Shown here one piece after another: positions 11,390 to 22,309 of a DNA stretch of 64,000 nucleotides. Numbering within the stretch: position 1 is the first letter of the stretch; each line of letters starts with the position of its first letter. A model generated the notes under the pieces. The model saw only the letters and a program-made list of their open reading frames with translations. It searched no databases and had not been told where the DNA came from. Source of the stretch: an uncultured Bacteroides sp. (GTDB lineage: Bacteria; Bacteroidota; Bacteroidia; Bacteroidales; Bacteroidaceae); assembly GCA_900555635.1 (NCBI GenBank), contig USLU01000022.1, positions 237-64,236 of the forward strand, read 5' to 3'. Both the position numbers and the translations under genes were made by a program.

Positions 11390-13060
11390 TTATTCGTAAC
11401 CCGGATTATTCTTGCCTCCCAATGCTGGATTAGATTGCAATTCACCCAATGGAATCGGGAAGAGCTCGTGTTGTCCCTTTACAAACTTTTCACCGGCTAC
11501 ATATTTGCCCTTAAGAGATTTGTCCATATTGTCCTGAAAGAATTTCAAAGCTTCACCCAAGATACCCCAACGAAGCAAGTCATATTTGCGTTGACCTTCG
11601 AAAGCCAATTCGAAACCACGTTCCCAGTAAAGAGCAGTACGGAACTTGCCGGCTGCATCATTATCCTGGATATAGGGAAGATTGTAAACTTTCGGAGCTT
11701 TCAACAAGCTATTATAGTTGGCATCTGTGATCGGAGTTGCTCCTGCACGTTCGCGTACAGTATTCAACAAATTCCAGGCTTCCGGAGTATTACCAATTTC
11801 GTTATAAGCCTCAGCGGCCATCAATACTACATCGGCATAACGTAGCGGACAGTAGTTTACACCTGTATTGTTAGGATCAACAAACCCACCAGGCATCCAC
11901 TCTCTGCGCCATTTACCCGGATACCAGTCTGTTAATTTAGTATTTGTCACGGGATAATGTTCACCTTTAGTTGCATCCCATTTAAACTGATAGGTACATA
12001 CCATCACATCTCTACGCTGATCCTTTTCTTCGAAGAAATCTTTCCATGCCGGCAGTACACGGAAGAATGCATTAGCACGTCCCATCGAACTTGAAGTGGA
12101 ATTTTTACCCGGAGCCTCTACTGCCGGCCCGTTATAGGTAGCCCAGGTTCCTGAATTGTCCTTGTATCCTGATCCTGTAGGATTAAAAGCGATTTCCCAT
12201 AGACTCTCTTTAGAATTTAAAACACCTGCCGAATAGCCTACAAATAATTGTTTGAAACCCCTATCATAAAAACCATGATAACCTTTATTTTGAAAAGCAG
12301 TCCATTCAGAAATTACAGCATTAAAGTATTCCTTTCTCTTGGCTTCGTCCGGTTGAGTCAACTTACCGTCCTGCTGCAAACTATAACCTGCACGTTGTAA
12401 GTAAATACGCATCAACAATGCATGAGCAGCACCTTGTGAAGGTACTTCCGGAGAAAGTGACGCACTTCCCTTCTGCAAGTTTTCTTTAGCAAAATCCAAG
12501 TCATCAATAATCTGATTATAGATTTCTTCGCGACTTACACGACCGTTAAAAGCATCTTCATATCCGGAAGAATAAGTAGTTTTGAAAGGAGCGTCTCCCC
12601 AATATTTAATCAGGTCGAAGCCCAAGAACGCACGAAGGAAACGAGCCTGAGCCACTAAATCCTTCAAATACGTACTACCCTCATAATCTGCCATCTTTTC
12701 AATGCCTGCAATGGCAAAGTTAGCGCGGTCTATTCCCATATACTTATACTCCCACAGAGAAGCAATCCAGTCGTTGGTAGATTTCACCATATAGTGTGCA
12801 ATGTCACGGCGTGTATTATCTGTACCCGTACCCTGTATATAATAGGTATCGTCTGAAGAAGGCATAGCCATTTCGAACTGTCCATAATGCTTGTCTATAG
12901 CCAAACAGTCGTAAATACCTATTACAGACATTTTAGCTTGGTCATTAGTTTGAAAGTAAGTGTCCTTCTCGTAGTAAGAGGTAGGTTTCTCAGTCAGGTC
13001 GCAAGAGGTGAATCCTGCTACAATCAGTGCGCTTAGCGCAATCACTTTATATTTTTTCAT
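11390..13060 (-). CDS. susD: SusD/RagB-family outer-membrane glycan-binding lipoprotein
   Basis: FTSC lipobox, ARFLRA..FDL...WGD, LRYADVVLMAAEA, ERGFELAFEGQRKYDLLRWG. Confidence 0.93.
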   Translation of the reverse strand: MKKYKVIALSALIVAGFTSCDLTEKPTSYYEKDTYFQTNDQAKMSVIGIYDCLAIDKHYGQFEMAMPSSDDTYYIQGTGTDNTRRDIAHYMVKSTNDWIASLWEYKYMGIDRANFAIAGIEKMADYEGSTYLKDLVAQARFLRAFLGFDLIKYWGDAPFKTTYSSGYEDAFNGRVSREEIYNQIIDDLDFAKENLQKGSASLSPEVPSQGAAHALLMRIYLQRAGYSLQQDGKLTQPDEAKRKEYFNAVISEWTAFQNKGYHGFYDRGFKQLFVGYSAGVLNSKESLWEIAFNPTGSGYKDNSGTWATYNGPAVEAPGKNSTSSSMGRANAFFRVLPAWKDFFEEKDQRRDVMVCTYQFKWDATKGEHYPVTNTKLTDWYPGKWRREWMPGGFVDPNNTGVNYCPLRYADVVLMAAEAYNEIGNTPEAWNLLNTVRERAGATPITDANYNSLLKAPKVYNLPYIQDNDAAGKFRTALYWERGFELAFEGQRKYDLLRWGILGEALKFFQDNMDKSLKGKYVAGEKFVKGQHELFPIPLGELQSNPALGGKNNPGYE

Positions 13061-13082
13061 TGTATTCTCCTTTTGAAGTTCA

Positions 13083-16000
13083 TTAGAAAGCTAAATTAAT
13101 ACCGAAAACAAACGAGCGGCTCTTAGGATAAGCACCAAAGTCAACACCCGGTGTCAAGCCATTACCCATTGTAGAAACTTCAGGATCGAAGCCAGTGTAC
13201 TTAGTCCAGGTAAGCAAGTTAGAACCTGTAGCATAAAGACGTAATTTGCTGATACCGGCTTTGCTAAGCATCTTCTTTGGGAAAGTGTAACCTAAAGTAA
13301 TGTTGCTCAATTTCAAGAATGAACCGTCTTCTACAGCCCAAGAGTGAATGTATGTATCACCTACTTCGTTGTCATAGATAGCAGCTACCGTCTTGCCTCT
13401 GTTGATGTCCGCCATTTCTTGAGGATCAGTAATCATCTCACCTGACTTATTAACCAATACCCAACGGTTCTTAGAATCAGCTACTGCCAAAACATTCTTG
13501 TTCTGCAAAGCTGTTTTAGTATTAGTCAGCTTGGTTGCATTGAATACGTCGTTGCCGATACTGTAAGTGAAGAAGATACTCAAATCGAAATCTTTGTAAG
13601 TAAAGGTATTGTTAATACCACCGTAAACTTTCGGATAAGCGTTACCGATTACTGTCTTGTCAGCTTCTGTAATCTTATTGTCTTCGCTGCCGTCTACATT
13701 CTTAAACTTCCACATACCCGGTTTTACATTACCTTTGTCGCCTATATAAGGGACACCGTCCTTCAGTGTGTAAGTCTTGGTTGTAGCATCGTAATCAAAA
13801 TCAGATACCTGGTACAAACCGTCAGTTACATATCCGTACATCTGTCCCAAAGGTTGGTTCACACCGATAATATGAGTATTTTGGCTATAACCGAACTTAG
13901 CTTCCCACAACTGTACTTCCTCGCCGGTCAGCTTCTTTACAGAATTCTTATTGTGAGACAGAGTTACAGATGTATTCCAGCTAAAGTTCTTGTTCATGAT
14001 ATTGGTTGAATTGATAGTCAAGTCAATACCTTTGTTTTCAGTCTCACCGGCATTAATAACCATACTGTTGTAACCTGCCGAAGTAGGTATTTTTGCATTC
14101 AGCAGCAAATTGCTACTACGGTTAATATAGAATTCGGGAGAAATAGTCAAACGCTGGTTGAAGAAGCCGAAGTCAACACCAAGGTTAAAGGTCTTGTTAG
14201 CTTCCCACTTTAAGTCGGGGTTAGGAATCTGCTTCGAAACATAACCAGATTGAGTAGAATCCCCATTAGGATAAGTCACAGAATTCAAGATAGCCAGACC
14301 AAGGTAGCTGTCGATACGGTTGTTACCCGCCATACCATAGCCCAAACGAAGTTTCAGGTCAGAGAAGATTTCCAAGTTCTTGATAAACTCTTCTTCTCCC
14401 AAACGCCAAGCTGCAGAGAATGCAGGGAAATATCCCCACTTATTATTTTTACCGAATTTAGAAGAACCGTCGGCACGAACCGAAGCAGTAAACAAGTATT
14501 TATCCTTAAAAGCGTAGTTGAAACGCCCAAAGAAAGAAAGCAATTTATCATCATAGTTTTCAGCGGACTGAACAGCTGTAGGAAGACCCAGCGAAAGGTC
14601 AGCCAAACCTATATCATCATTCGGAAAGTTAGAAGCCGCTGCCTTAAAGTTACGACTCCAACGGTCTACATACTCATGACCTAGCATAGCAGTCACATTG
14701 TGACCTTTACCCGACCAGTTGTAGTTCAATACGTTTGACGTCTGGAAACTACCGTTTTCCAAGTTCTGGATACTACCATTGATACTTGAACGCTTTGCGG
14801 TGATTGACTTATCGCCGAAGAACACATCATTGCGGCGTGTCTGATAACGCATACCTGTTGTATTACGGAAAGTCAGTCCCTTGAACAGTTTGAGAGTAAA
14901 ACCACCATTAGCCTGGAAAGTACGATATTCACGATCATTAGTTTCTTCGGCAGCAGAAAGCAGAGGATTCTGCATTACGTTACCCGAATCATCCAGGAAG
15001 ATAGGGTCTTCGTCACCTAACAGCAAGTCGTCAGTTCCATTGATACCTACCGTAGGGCGATACTGCAAAATGTGTTGCATCTTATTAAAACGGTCACCAC
15101 CATCGGAAGTACCCATACCGGTAATCTTCATCTGGTCATAGCTGATACGGGCATTTACTTCCAAGCGGTTGTTCACCTTATGGTTCATATTGAAAGAAAT
15201 ATTGTGCTTGTTATTGCCACTATATACCATAGCACCATCTTCATCATAATAAGAATATGCCAGATTATAATTCAATTTATCAGTACCACCGGAAACACCT
15301 ACACGATAGTTTTGTGTAATCGCTGTACGTCCCAATGTCTCGTCTTGCCAATCCAAACCTTTACGGTTACCATAGTTCTTTTCAAGATCACTGTAATTGC
15401 CATAGATTTCTGTGAACTTCGTGATATCTTTCTCCCAATCATCCGGAGTAGTAGCGTCGTAAACTCGGCGCTCATAATCCAGCATGGCAAACTCATAAGT
15501 AGAAAGTACATCCAGCTTCTTTGCGATTTTCTTGAAGCCTACATAACTGTCGAAAGTTACAGTAGCTTTTCCGTCCTTACTACCGCTCTTAGTAGTAATA
15601 ACAACTACACCATTCGCACCACGGGCACCATAGATGGCCGTAGCAGAAGCATCTTTCAAAATGTCGATTGTTGCAATTTCGGCAGGGTCAAGGGTAGACA
15701 TGCCATCTTCACTTGGGAAACCGTCGATAATATACAACGGTTCGTTGCTTTGAGTAATAGAGATACCACCACGTACACGCACTGAAATAGAAGCTCCGGG
15801 AGCACCTTCACTCTGCATCACCTGTACACCAGCCATACGTCCAGCCAATGCCTGTGTGATATCACTGGTAGGTACTTTAGAAAGTTCTTTACTGCTAACT
15901 GAAGCGACTGAACCGGTCAGGTCTTTGCGTGCCACTGTACCATAACCAATTACTACAACTTCGTCCAGTACTTTAGAGTCAACCTGCAATGTCACATTAA

Positions 16001-16280
16001 TAACACTCTGTTTGTTGACTTTCACTTCTTGGGAGGTCATTCCTACATACGAAAAGACCAAAACATCTTTAGATGCGTCATTCACTTTCAGCGAATAGTT
16101 ACCTTCTATGTCGGTAACAGTTCCAACACCAGCAGCTCCTTTAATAGTAACGCTACCTCCAATAACTTCATACCCTTCGCTATCAACTACCTTACCAGTA
16201 ACTGTCAGACTTTGTGCATATGCCGCCATACTGACAAAAGCGAGGACAAACATTAAAATTGATTCTTTTAATTTGAACAT
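13083..16280 (-). CDS. susC: SusC/RagA TonB-dependent transporter
   Basis: EVVVIGYG, DLTGSV, LKDASATAIYGARGANGVVVITTK, NPDLKWE, C-terminal F. Confidence 0.95.
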   Translation of the reverse strand: MFKLKESILMFVLAFVSMAAYAQSLTVTGKVVDSEGYEVIGGSVTIKGAAGVGTVTDIEGNYSLKVNDASKDVLVFSYVGMTSQEVKVNKQSVINVTLQVDSKVLDEVVVIGYGTVARKDLTGSVASVSSKELSKVPTSDITQALAGRMAGVQVMQSEGAPGASISVRVRGGISITQSNEPLYIIDGFPSEDGMSTLDPAEIATIDILKDASATAIYGARGANGVVVITTKSGSKDGKATVTFDSYVGFKKIAKKLDVLSTYEFAMLDYERRVYDATTPDDWEKDITKFTEIYGNYSDLEKNYGNRKGLDWQDETLGRTAITQNYRVGVSGGTDKLNYNLAYSYYDEDGAMVYSGNNKHNISFNMNHKVNNRLEVNARISYDQMKITGMGTSDGGDRFNKMQHILQYRPTVGINGTDDLLLGDEDPIFLDDSGNVMQNPLLSAAEETNDREYRTFQANGGFTLKLFKGLTFRNTTGMRYQTRRNDVFFGDKSITAKRSSINGSIQNLENGSFQTSNVLNYNWSGKGHNVTAMLGHEYVDRWSRNFKAAASNFPNDDIGLADLSLGLPTAVQSAENYDDKLLSFFGRFNYAFKDKYLFTASVRADGSSKFGKNNKWGYFPAFSAAWRLGEEEFIKNLEIFSDLKLRLGYGMAGNNRIDSYLGLAILNSVTYPNGDSTQSGYVSKQIPNPDLKWEANKTFNLGVDFGFFNQRLTISPEFYINRSSNLLLNAKIPTSAGYNSMVINAGETENKGIDLTINSTNIMNKNFSWNTSVTLSHNKNSVKKLTGEEVQLWEAKFGYSQNTHIIGVNQPLGQMYGYVTDGLYQVSDFDYDATTKTYTLKDGVPYIGDKGNVKPGMWKFKNVDGSEDNKITEADKTVIGNAYPKVYGGINNTFTYKDFDLSIFFTYSIGNDVFNATKLTNTKTALQNKNVLAVADSKNRWVLVNKSGEMITDPQEMADINRGKTVAAIYDNEVGDTYIHSWAVEDGSFLKLSNITLGYTFPKKMLSKAGISKLRLYATGSNLLTWTKYTGFDPEVSTMGNGLTPGVDFGAYPKSRSFVFGINLAF

Positions 16281-16400
16281 AATGAATAAATCTAAGGTTT
16301 AACTTTAGAGATAATTTTGTGGCGGCAAACTTACTGCAAGCTCAAAATAAAACGAGAAAGTATTGTTTTTTATACTCCCACTTTTACGCTTTTTCCATGC

Positions 16401-16434
16401 CAATATTGTTCACCTTAGGATATTTCTGTGCAAA
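16401..16434. promoter_or_regulatory. Putative HTCS operator upstream of the susC promoter
   Basis: caatattgttca (16401) and tatttctgtgcaaa (16421); -7 box TAAGTTTG on minus strand at 16326-16333. Confidence 0.55.
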
Positions 16435-16562
16435 TAATGCCCTACAGTACCATACAAAAGAGGGTATACACTTTTATTCAACAAAGAAATAATACATCTA
16501 TTTGACATAAAATCAGAAACTGAAGAGTATTTTTGTCTCCGTCACACCATCTCTGTATCCGG

Positions 16563-16626
16563 TCCGTACCTTCTTCCGAATCATCTACGTGTCTTTATAC
16601 GTAGATGATCCGGAAGAAGGTACGGA
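16563..16626. repeat. 28-bp inverted repeat (1 mismatch, 8-nt loop)
   Basis: tccgtaccttcttccgaatcatctacgt / acgtagatgatccggaagaaggtacgga, just downstream of the cupin stop. Confidence 0.9.
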
Positions 16627-16633
16627 GAAGGGA

Positions 16634-17080
16634 TTAATGAAGGAAGTCTGCACGCATCGGAGCAAAACAGTCAATAAGCACTCCGGGCTCCAGACAAACA
16701 CACCCATGAAGAATATCGGGTTCCATATAAAGACCGTCACCTGCCTGAACTATTTTCTTCTCACCTCCTATTGTAAACTCAAATTTACCACTTGCCACAT
16801 AAGTGGTTTGTGTATGGTAGTGGGTATGAGGAGTACCGATAGCTCCTTTCTCAAACTTAACTTTGACTAGCATCACTTGCCCGTCATAGCCCATAATCTG
16901 CCTGGTTACACCTTCGCCGGCAGGCTCCCATTCTTTATCCTTTTCATAAACAAAAGTTTCACTTCTTGTTTTCTTAACAGGGGACTCAGGAGTTTCATTG
17001 GCTGGGGTAGCGTATATTCTAGTCATCGCCAAGATTGAAAGACCAATTGTACATATACACTTTTTCCATGCTTTCATTTT
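16634..17080 (-). CDS. kdgF: KdgF-type cupin with signal-peptide-like N-terminal extension
   Basis: GVTRQIMGYDGQVMLVKVKFEKGAIGTPHTHYHTQTTYV...HG...LIDCFAPMRADFL; start is one of several ATGs between 17069 and 17089. Confidence 0.75.
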   Translation of the reverse strand, partial: KMKAWKKCICTIGLSILAMTRIYATPANETPESPVKKTRSETFVYEKDKEWEPAGEGVTRQIMGYDGQVMLVKVKFEKGAIGTPHTHYHTQTTYVASGKFEFTIGGEKKIVQAGDGLYMEPDILHGCVCLEPGVLIDCFAPMRADFLH

Positions 17081-17112
17081 CATAATCAATAATTTTTAGT
17101 GGATTAAATATG

Positions 17113-18234
17113 TTATTCTAATAAAATTTCAAATTTATACACCGTAGTCTGCCGGTAAGTTTCACCCGGTCGCAATATTGTAGAAGGAAAATGGGGGTTA
17201 TTGGGAGAATCGGGGAAATGCTGCATTTCAAGACAAAATCCATAGTATTTGCCATACTTTCTATTACCATGCCCATTCAAATAGCCCATATTAGAAGTCG
17301 GGATATAAAATTGCATTCCGGGTTCGGTAGTATATGCTTTCAGTACTCGTCCGGAGACGGGTTCTGTAACGGTAGCCACCAACTCTAAAGAATCGGCACA
17401 TTTGTTTAGTTTATAATTGATGTCGTAAGTTTTTTCCATCCGGTGAATTTGCTTTTCGACTGTTTGCGGAGTTCTGAAGTCATACTCCGTTCCTGCAACT
17501 GCCCTTAGTTCTCCCGTAGGGATACCTGTTGAATCTGTCGGAGTAATAGAGTCTGCATAAAGCGTATAAAGATGATTTAATACAGACTCCTTGCATCCTG
17601 TCAGATTGAAATAGCTATGATTAGTGAAGTTCACTACGGTTGGGCAATCGGTGGTTGCTGTATAATCCAGAATTATTTCGTTACGATTGGTCAGTTTATA
17701 TGCGATTGACAGATTGAGATTACCGGGAAATCCTCCTTCAAGATGAGGACTTTTATAAGAAAAACAGATTATAGCTGTGTCTTTCACCACATAAAAAGTA
17801 TCTGTTTGGAATATCTGAGTATTGAATCCACAGCTTCCACCATGAACAGAGTTTCCTTTGCTGTTCTTTTCAAGCTGAATGATCTGGTTATCCAAATAAA
17901 ACTCCCCATTCTTGATTCTATTGGCAAATCTACCTACAGTTGCACCAAACTTAGGATGCTTACCCAGATAACTTGTCAGACTGTCGAAACCCAGAACTAC
18001 ATGTTCAAAGTTTCCGTCCCTATCAGGTACAGAAACGGAAACCAATGTGGCAGCAAAATTGGTAACCTCAATGGTCATTCCATTTCTATTCGTCAAGCTG
18101 AAAAGCCTGACAGGCTTACCATCTTCCTCTATTTGCCCGACTTCGCAAACTGATAGTACTAACGACTTAGACTGCTTGCATGCAACCAACAAGGGTAGAA
18201 TAAACAACAAAAAAACTATATTACGTTTTCTCAT
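17113..18234 (-). CDS. Aldose 1-epimerase (mutarotase), lipoprotein
   Basis: GATVGRFANRI, HGG, NFTNHSYFNL, GFCLEMQHFPDSPN; lipobox LLVAC. Confidence 0.9.
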   Translation of the reverse strand: MRKRNIVFLLFILPLLVACKQSKSLVLSVCEVGQIEEDGKPVRLFSLTNRNGMTIEVTNFAATLVSVSVPDRDGNFEHVVLGFDSLTSYLGKHPKFGATVGRFANRIKNGEFYLDNQIIQLEKNSKGNSVHGGSCGFNTQIFQTDTFYVVKDTAIICFSYKSPHLEGGFPGNLNLSIAYKLTNRNEIILDYTATTDCPTVVNFTNHSYFNLTGCKESVLNHLYTLYADSITPTDSTGIPTGELRAVAGTEYDFRTPQTVEKQIHRMEKTYDINYKLNKCADSLELVATVTEPVSGRVLKAYTTEPGMQFYIPTSNMGYLNGHGNRKYGKYYGFCLEMQHFPDSPNNPHFPSTILRPGETYRQTTVYKFEILLE

Positions 18235-18237
18235 AAC

Positions 18238-21200
18238 TTATTTCTTTCCATATTCCGTAGGCAGGCAACCGATATACTTCTTGAAGCGCGCTGCAAAATA
18301 AGATGGAGTATTATATCCCACCATAAAGCTGATTTCAGATACATTGTACTTCCCTTCCTGCAAAAGTTGGCATGCGCGGTTAAATCGTATTTTATGGATA
18401 AAATCGATAGCAGACTTACCTGTTATTGCCTTCAATTTCAGATGAAGATTGGAACGGCTCATGTTCATTTCACGCGCAAACTGTTCGGTAGAGAATTCTA
18501 CATTATCCATATTCTTTTCAATCACTGCAATCGCTTTTTTCAGCAGTTCTTCATCCATCGTGTTGTTAGTAAGCTTTTCCGGTTCGATTTCGGTCGTATT
18601 GGAGTAGCGTTCAAAGATACGATAACGTGTGCGCAGCATGTTCATAATCTTTGCTTTCAGTACTCCCATCGAGAAAGGTTTGGCTATGTAATCATCCGCT
18701 CCTACCTGTAATCCTTCCAACTGATATTTAATATCGGCTTTGGCAGACAGCATATAAACCGGAATATGACAAGTACGCAAGTTCTGTTTCACCAACTTAC
18801 ATAGTTTGACACCATCCATGACGGGCATCATGACATCTGTTATTATCAAGTCGACTTCTTCTTCTTTCAAGATATCCAATGCTTTTTGTCCATTTTCAGC
18901 TTCCAACATATTGAACAAGCCCGACAATCCATTCACCAGATATTGCCTCAACTCTTTATTGTCTTCAACCACCAGAAGTGTTCCACGTTTATTAGTATCC
19001 TCGTCCTCTCCATTTTCTGTATGGGTTTCTTCATCATCCCCAATGTACACATCATGTGCATTGGTAGAATACACCCGCTGGTCTTCCGCATTCTCTTGCT
19101 CTCCAAGCAGTTCCTTGGGGCTATATGCAGATTTGTCTTGTGGCAGATAGATGGAGAAAGTAGAGCCTTTTCCGGGTTCACTTTCCAAAGCAATCCTACC
19201 ATGATGCAACTCAACCAATCGCTGTACCAGGGAAAGACCGATACCACTGCCTTCGCGTCCACTTTCCACTTGATAGAAGCGTTCAAAAATCTTCGCTTGC
19301 TTCTCTTTAGGAATGCCGATGCCTGTATCTGCGACTTGCAGTACAAGATTTCCTGCCTCCTGATACAGTTTTACCGTAATACTTTCTCCCTCTTCGGTAT
19401 ATTTAAAAGCATTCGACAGCAAGTTATTAACTATCAAGTCCAGATAGTTTTCATCGAATAGCAGTTCTTTATCCTGCAACTCAGTATAGAAATTATAATC
19501 TATATCTTTTTTCTTCGCCAAACTTTCATAGTTAATGAAGCTATTTAAAACTCTTTTGTAAGCATTGGCACTCACCAGTCTTAACTCAAAAATTCCCAAT
19601 TCAGCCCGTCGGTAATCCATCAATTGATTGACGAGATGCAGTAAGCGGTTTGTATTTCTTTGTATGTAGAGCAACTGTTCATGTTCCCAATGTCCGGATA
19701 TACGGCTTAGTAACTCCTGCAAAGGTGCCACAATCAGGGTAAGAGGAGTGCGTAACTCGTGCGAGATATTGACATAAAAACGAATCTTCATCTGGCTGAT
19801 TTCTTCCCGTTTCTCCTTGTCCAGTCTCTCCATACGGATTTCTGCCTGCATACTCTTACGTAACCAGAAGTAACGAACTATGCCGAATACCAGCAGTAAG
19901 AAGGACAAAGCAAATAAAGAAAGCGCCCACCAGGTGCAATACCAAACAGGCAGAACACGTATATGCAACACAGTAGGTTCGTCATTCCACTTGCCGTCAT
20001 TATTCGCCGCCTTTATATAAAAAGTATAGTCTCCTGCCGGCAAATTAGAGTACGAAACCGGACTGATATCATTCTGTCTATACCATTCATCATTATACCC
20101 TTCCAATTTATAGGCGAAGGTATTGTGCTTACCGGCAATGTAATTAGACACCACAAAAGATATGGCAAATGAGTTCTGTGTAGAAGTTAAAGTGATATGA
20201 TCCGCATATTCAATTGTTTCACTTAAAATACCGGTTTCGTCATTAGGCAGAACTTCCTTATTATAAACAAACAGTTTATTGATTACCGGTTTAGGAGCAT
20301 AAGGATTATCGATCAAGGTTTCCGGGCGGAACAATGTAATACCATTAACACCACCAAATAGCATATAGCCGTTATCCTTACGGCAATAAGAACCGGCATT
20401 AAACTGATTGCCCTGCAAGCCGTCCAGTATAGTGAAGTTACGGAACTTTCCATTTTCGGGATTCAAACAACTCAGTCCCTGATTGGTGCTTATCCACAAG
20501 CGGGCATAGGCATCTTCCATGATACCATAAATGACATTACTTGGCAAGCCGTCCGCCGTGGTATATTGCACTATTTGGGGGTCGCCTTCTTTCATTGCGA
20601 AAAGTCCGCTACGTGTCCCTATCCAGATATATCCGGACGCAGATTCATAAAAGCAGTTCACAAATGCCTGCTGTAGTATTGGTGCTATATGAAAATCCGT
20701 ATTAATCAGGAAATCAGATCCTATCTGATTGTAGACCGAAACGCCCATTTCACCCCCTACCCATACACGTTTTTTGGAGTCACGGAACAGCAGGCGGTTA
20801 TATTGCTGCAATTTACGTCCGTTCTTGTCTTTATTGACAATTGTAAAATTGCGCTTGTCGATATCGAAATGCAACAGATATTCCAGTGAGGCTACCCAAA
20901 GTCCTCCATTTTCATCCGAGATGATAGAGTAAATATTATTGCTAGGCAAGTTGCTGTTCTGACGATTGTAGTATTCTACTTGCCCCGATTTACGATGAAG
21001 TGCCATCATACCTCCGGCATGGGCTCCTACATAAATTTTATCATGCGCTTCGTCTACATATACAGTTTTAATATCCTTGAAAGGTACATCCAATGCCCCC
21101 GACTGAAACAAATAATTCTTATATATTTTTGAGGTGGAATCATAGAAGTTTAGCCCACCGTCGCTTGTTCCAATCCATAAGTTATGTCCTTTGTCTTCCA

Positions 21201-22278
21201 CAATGCAGCTCACGACATTATTGCTAAGTGAATTCAGAAAAGGAACATGCTTTACTCGCTGGAAACGGTTGCAGAGAGGATGGTAATAGTTCAATCCACC
21301 CCAGTATGTACCTAGCCACATGCCGCCTTGTGAATCTCGGAAGATGCTTCGAACCGAGTTCTGCGACAAACTTCCTTCTTGTATCTCGGAACTTTTTATG
21401 GAAGAAAAACTGTCTGTTGCCTCTTTATAGATATTCAGTCCGCTATAAGTCCCTACCCATAAACGATTTTCTGTATCCAATTCCAGTGAGCGTACATAGT
21501 TGGATATCAATCCCGACTGCCCATTTTCACTTCGGTAGTTCTTCAATTCTTTGGTCTTGATGTCATACATATATAAACCATTTCCTTCGGTTGCCATCCA
21601 TATCCGGCTGAACATCTGACACAAAACCGCATGTATTCGTACATCGGCAGGTATGCTTACTAGTTTTTCAAGTTTGCCTCCCGATAAACTATAGGTATAT
21701 AACCCTTCTTCGGCACCGATATAAATACATTCCCCCTGGCGGGCTAATACTGTGGGCTTCAGCGAATGCAACGAGAACAAGGTGTCATTCAGAAAGCATT
21801 CTTTCTTAACATCAAAAAGCAAAATACCTTCTGTTGTACCCAACATCAACCAGTCTTCTTTAATGGGAGCAATGCTGTTAATGGCCACATTGGTGCCGTT
21901 CTTCTTATAATAGTAATTGGAAAAGGTATTTTTACGGCGATTGTAGAAAGATAAGCCTTCGCGGGTGCCCACCCAAATCTGATCCGAATCATCAATAGCG
22001 ATGCATCGTGTTATATCACAGGCAATGCTGTTAGGATCTGTATATTCATGGCGATACACAGTAAAATTGTAACCATCGTACTTATTCACGCCATCGTACG
22101 TTGCAAACCATAAATTCCCCTCTTTATCCTGATTAATTGCAAATATCGTGCTGTGCGATAGCCCTTCTTCCATGCCGATATGAGAAAAATAGATATCTTC
22201 TGTTGACCCGGCATTCAATATGTGCGGAAGCAATCCTCCTAAAAGTACTAACAATATTTGTTTTATTTTCATATTCAT
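18238..22278 (-). CDS. Hybrid two-component sensor kinase/AraC regulator (HTCS) of the PUL
   Basis: Reg_prop beta-propeller repeats, Y_Y_Y domain, TM helix, SHELRTPLTLI, NLLSNAFKY, receiver DVMMP, C-terminal AraC HTH. Confidence 0.95.
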   Translation of the reverse strand: MNMKIKQILLVLLGGLLPHILNAGSTEDIYFSHIGMEEGLSHSTIFAINQDKEGNLWFATYDGVNKYDGYNFTVYRHEYTDPNSIACDITRCIAIDDSDQIWVGTREGLSFYNRRKNTFSNYYYKKNGTNVAINSIAPIKEDWLMLGTTEGILLFDVKKECFLNDTLFSLHSLKPTVLARQGECIYIGAEEGLYTYSLSGGKLEKLVSIPADVRIHAVLCQMFSRIWMATEGNGLYMYDIKTKELKNYRSENGQSGLISNYVRSLELDTENRLWVGTYSGLNIYKEATDSFSSIKSSEIQEGSLSQNSVRSIFRDSQGGMWLGTYWGGLNYYHPLCNRFQRVKHVPFLNSLSNNVVSCIVEDKGHNLWIGTSDGGLNFYDSTSKIYKNYLFQSGALDVPFKDIKTVYVDEAHDKIYVGAHAGGMMALHRKSGQVEYYNRQNSNLPSNNIYSIISDENGGLWVASLEYLLHFDIDKRNFTIVNKDKNGRKLQQYNRLLFRDSKKRVWVGGEMGVSVYNQIGSDFLINTDFHIAPILQQAFVNCFYESASGYIWIGTRSGLFAMKEGDPQIVQYTTADGLPSNVIYGIMEDAYARLWISTNQGLSCLNPENGKFRNFTILDGLQGNQFNAGSYCRKDNGYMLFGGVNGITLFRPETLIDNPYAPKPVINKLFVYNKEVLPNDETGILSETIEYADHITLTSTQNSFAISFVVSNYIAGKHNTFAYKLEGYNDEWYRQNDISPVSYSNLPAGDYTFYIKAANNDGKWNDEPTVLHIRVLPVWYCTWWALSLFALSFLLLVFGIVRYFWLRKSMQAEIRMERLDKEKREEISQMKIRFYVNISHELRTPLTLIVAPLQELLSRISGHWEHEQLLYIQRNTNRLLHLVNQLMDYRRAELGIFELRLVSANAYKRVLNSFINYESLAKKKDIDYNFYTELQDKELLFDENYLDLIVNNLLSNAFKYTEEGESITVKLYQEAGNLVLQVADTGIGIPKEKQAKIFERFYQVESGREGSGIGLSLVQRLVELHHGRIALESEPGKGSTFSIYLPQDKSAYSPKELLGEQENAEDQRVYSTNAHDVYIGDDEETHTENGEDEDTNKRGTLLVVEDNKELRQYLVNGLSGLFNMLEAENGQKALDILKEEEVDLIITDVMMPVMDGVKLCKLVKQNLRTCHIPVYMLSAKADIKYQLEGLQVGADDYIAKPFSMGVLKAKIMNMLRTRYRIFERYSNTTEIEPEKLTNNTMDEELLKKAIAVIEKNMDNVEFSTEQFAREMNMSRSNLHLKLKAITGKSAIDFIHKIRFNRACQLLQEGKYNVSEISFMVGYNTPSYFAARFKKYIGCLPTEYGKK

Positions 22279-22309
22279 ATCTTATTATGAGACAAATAAA
22301 CAAAATATA

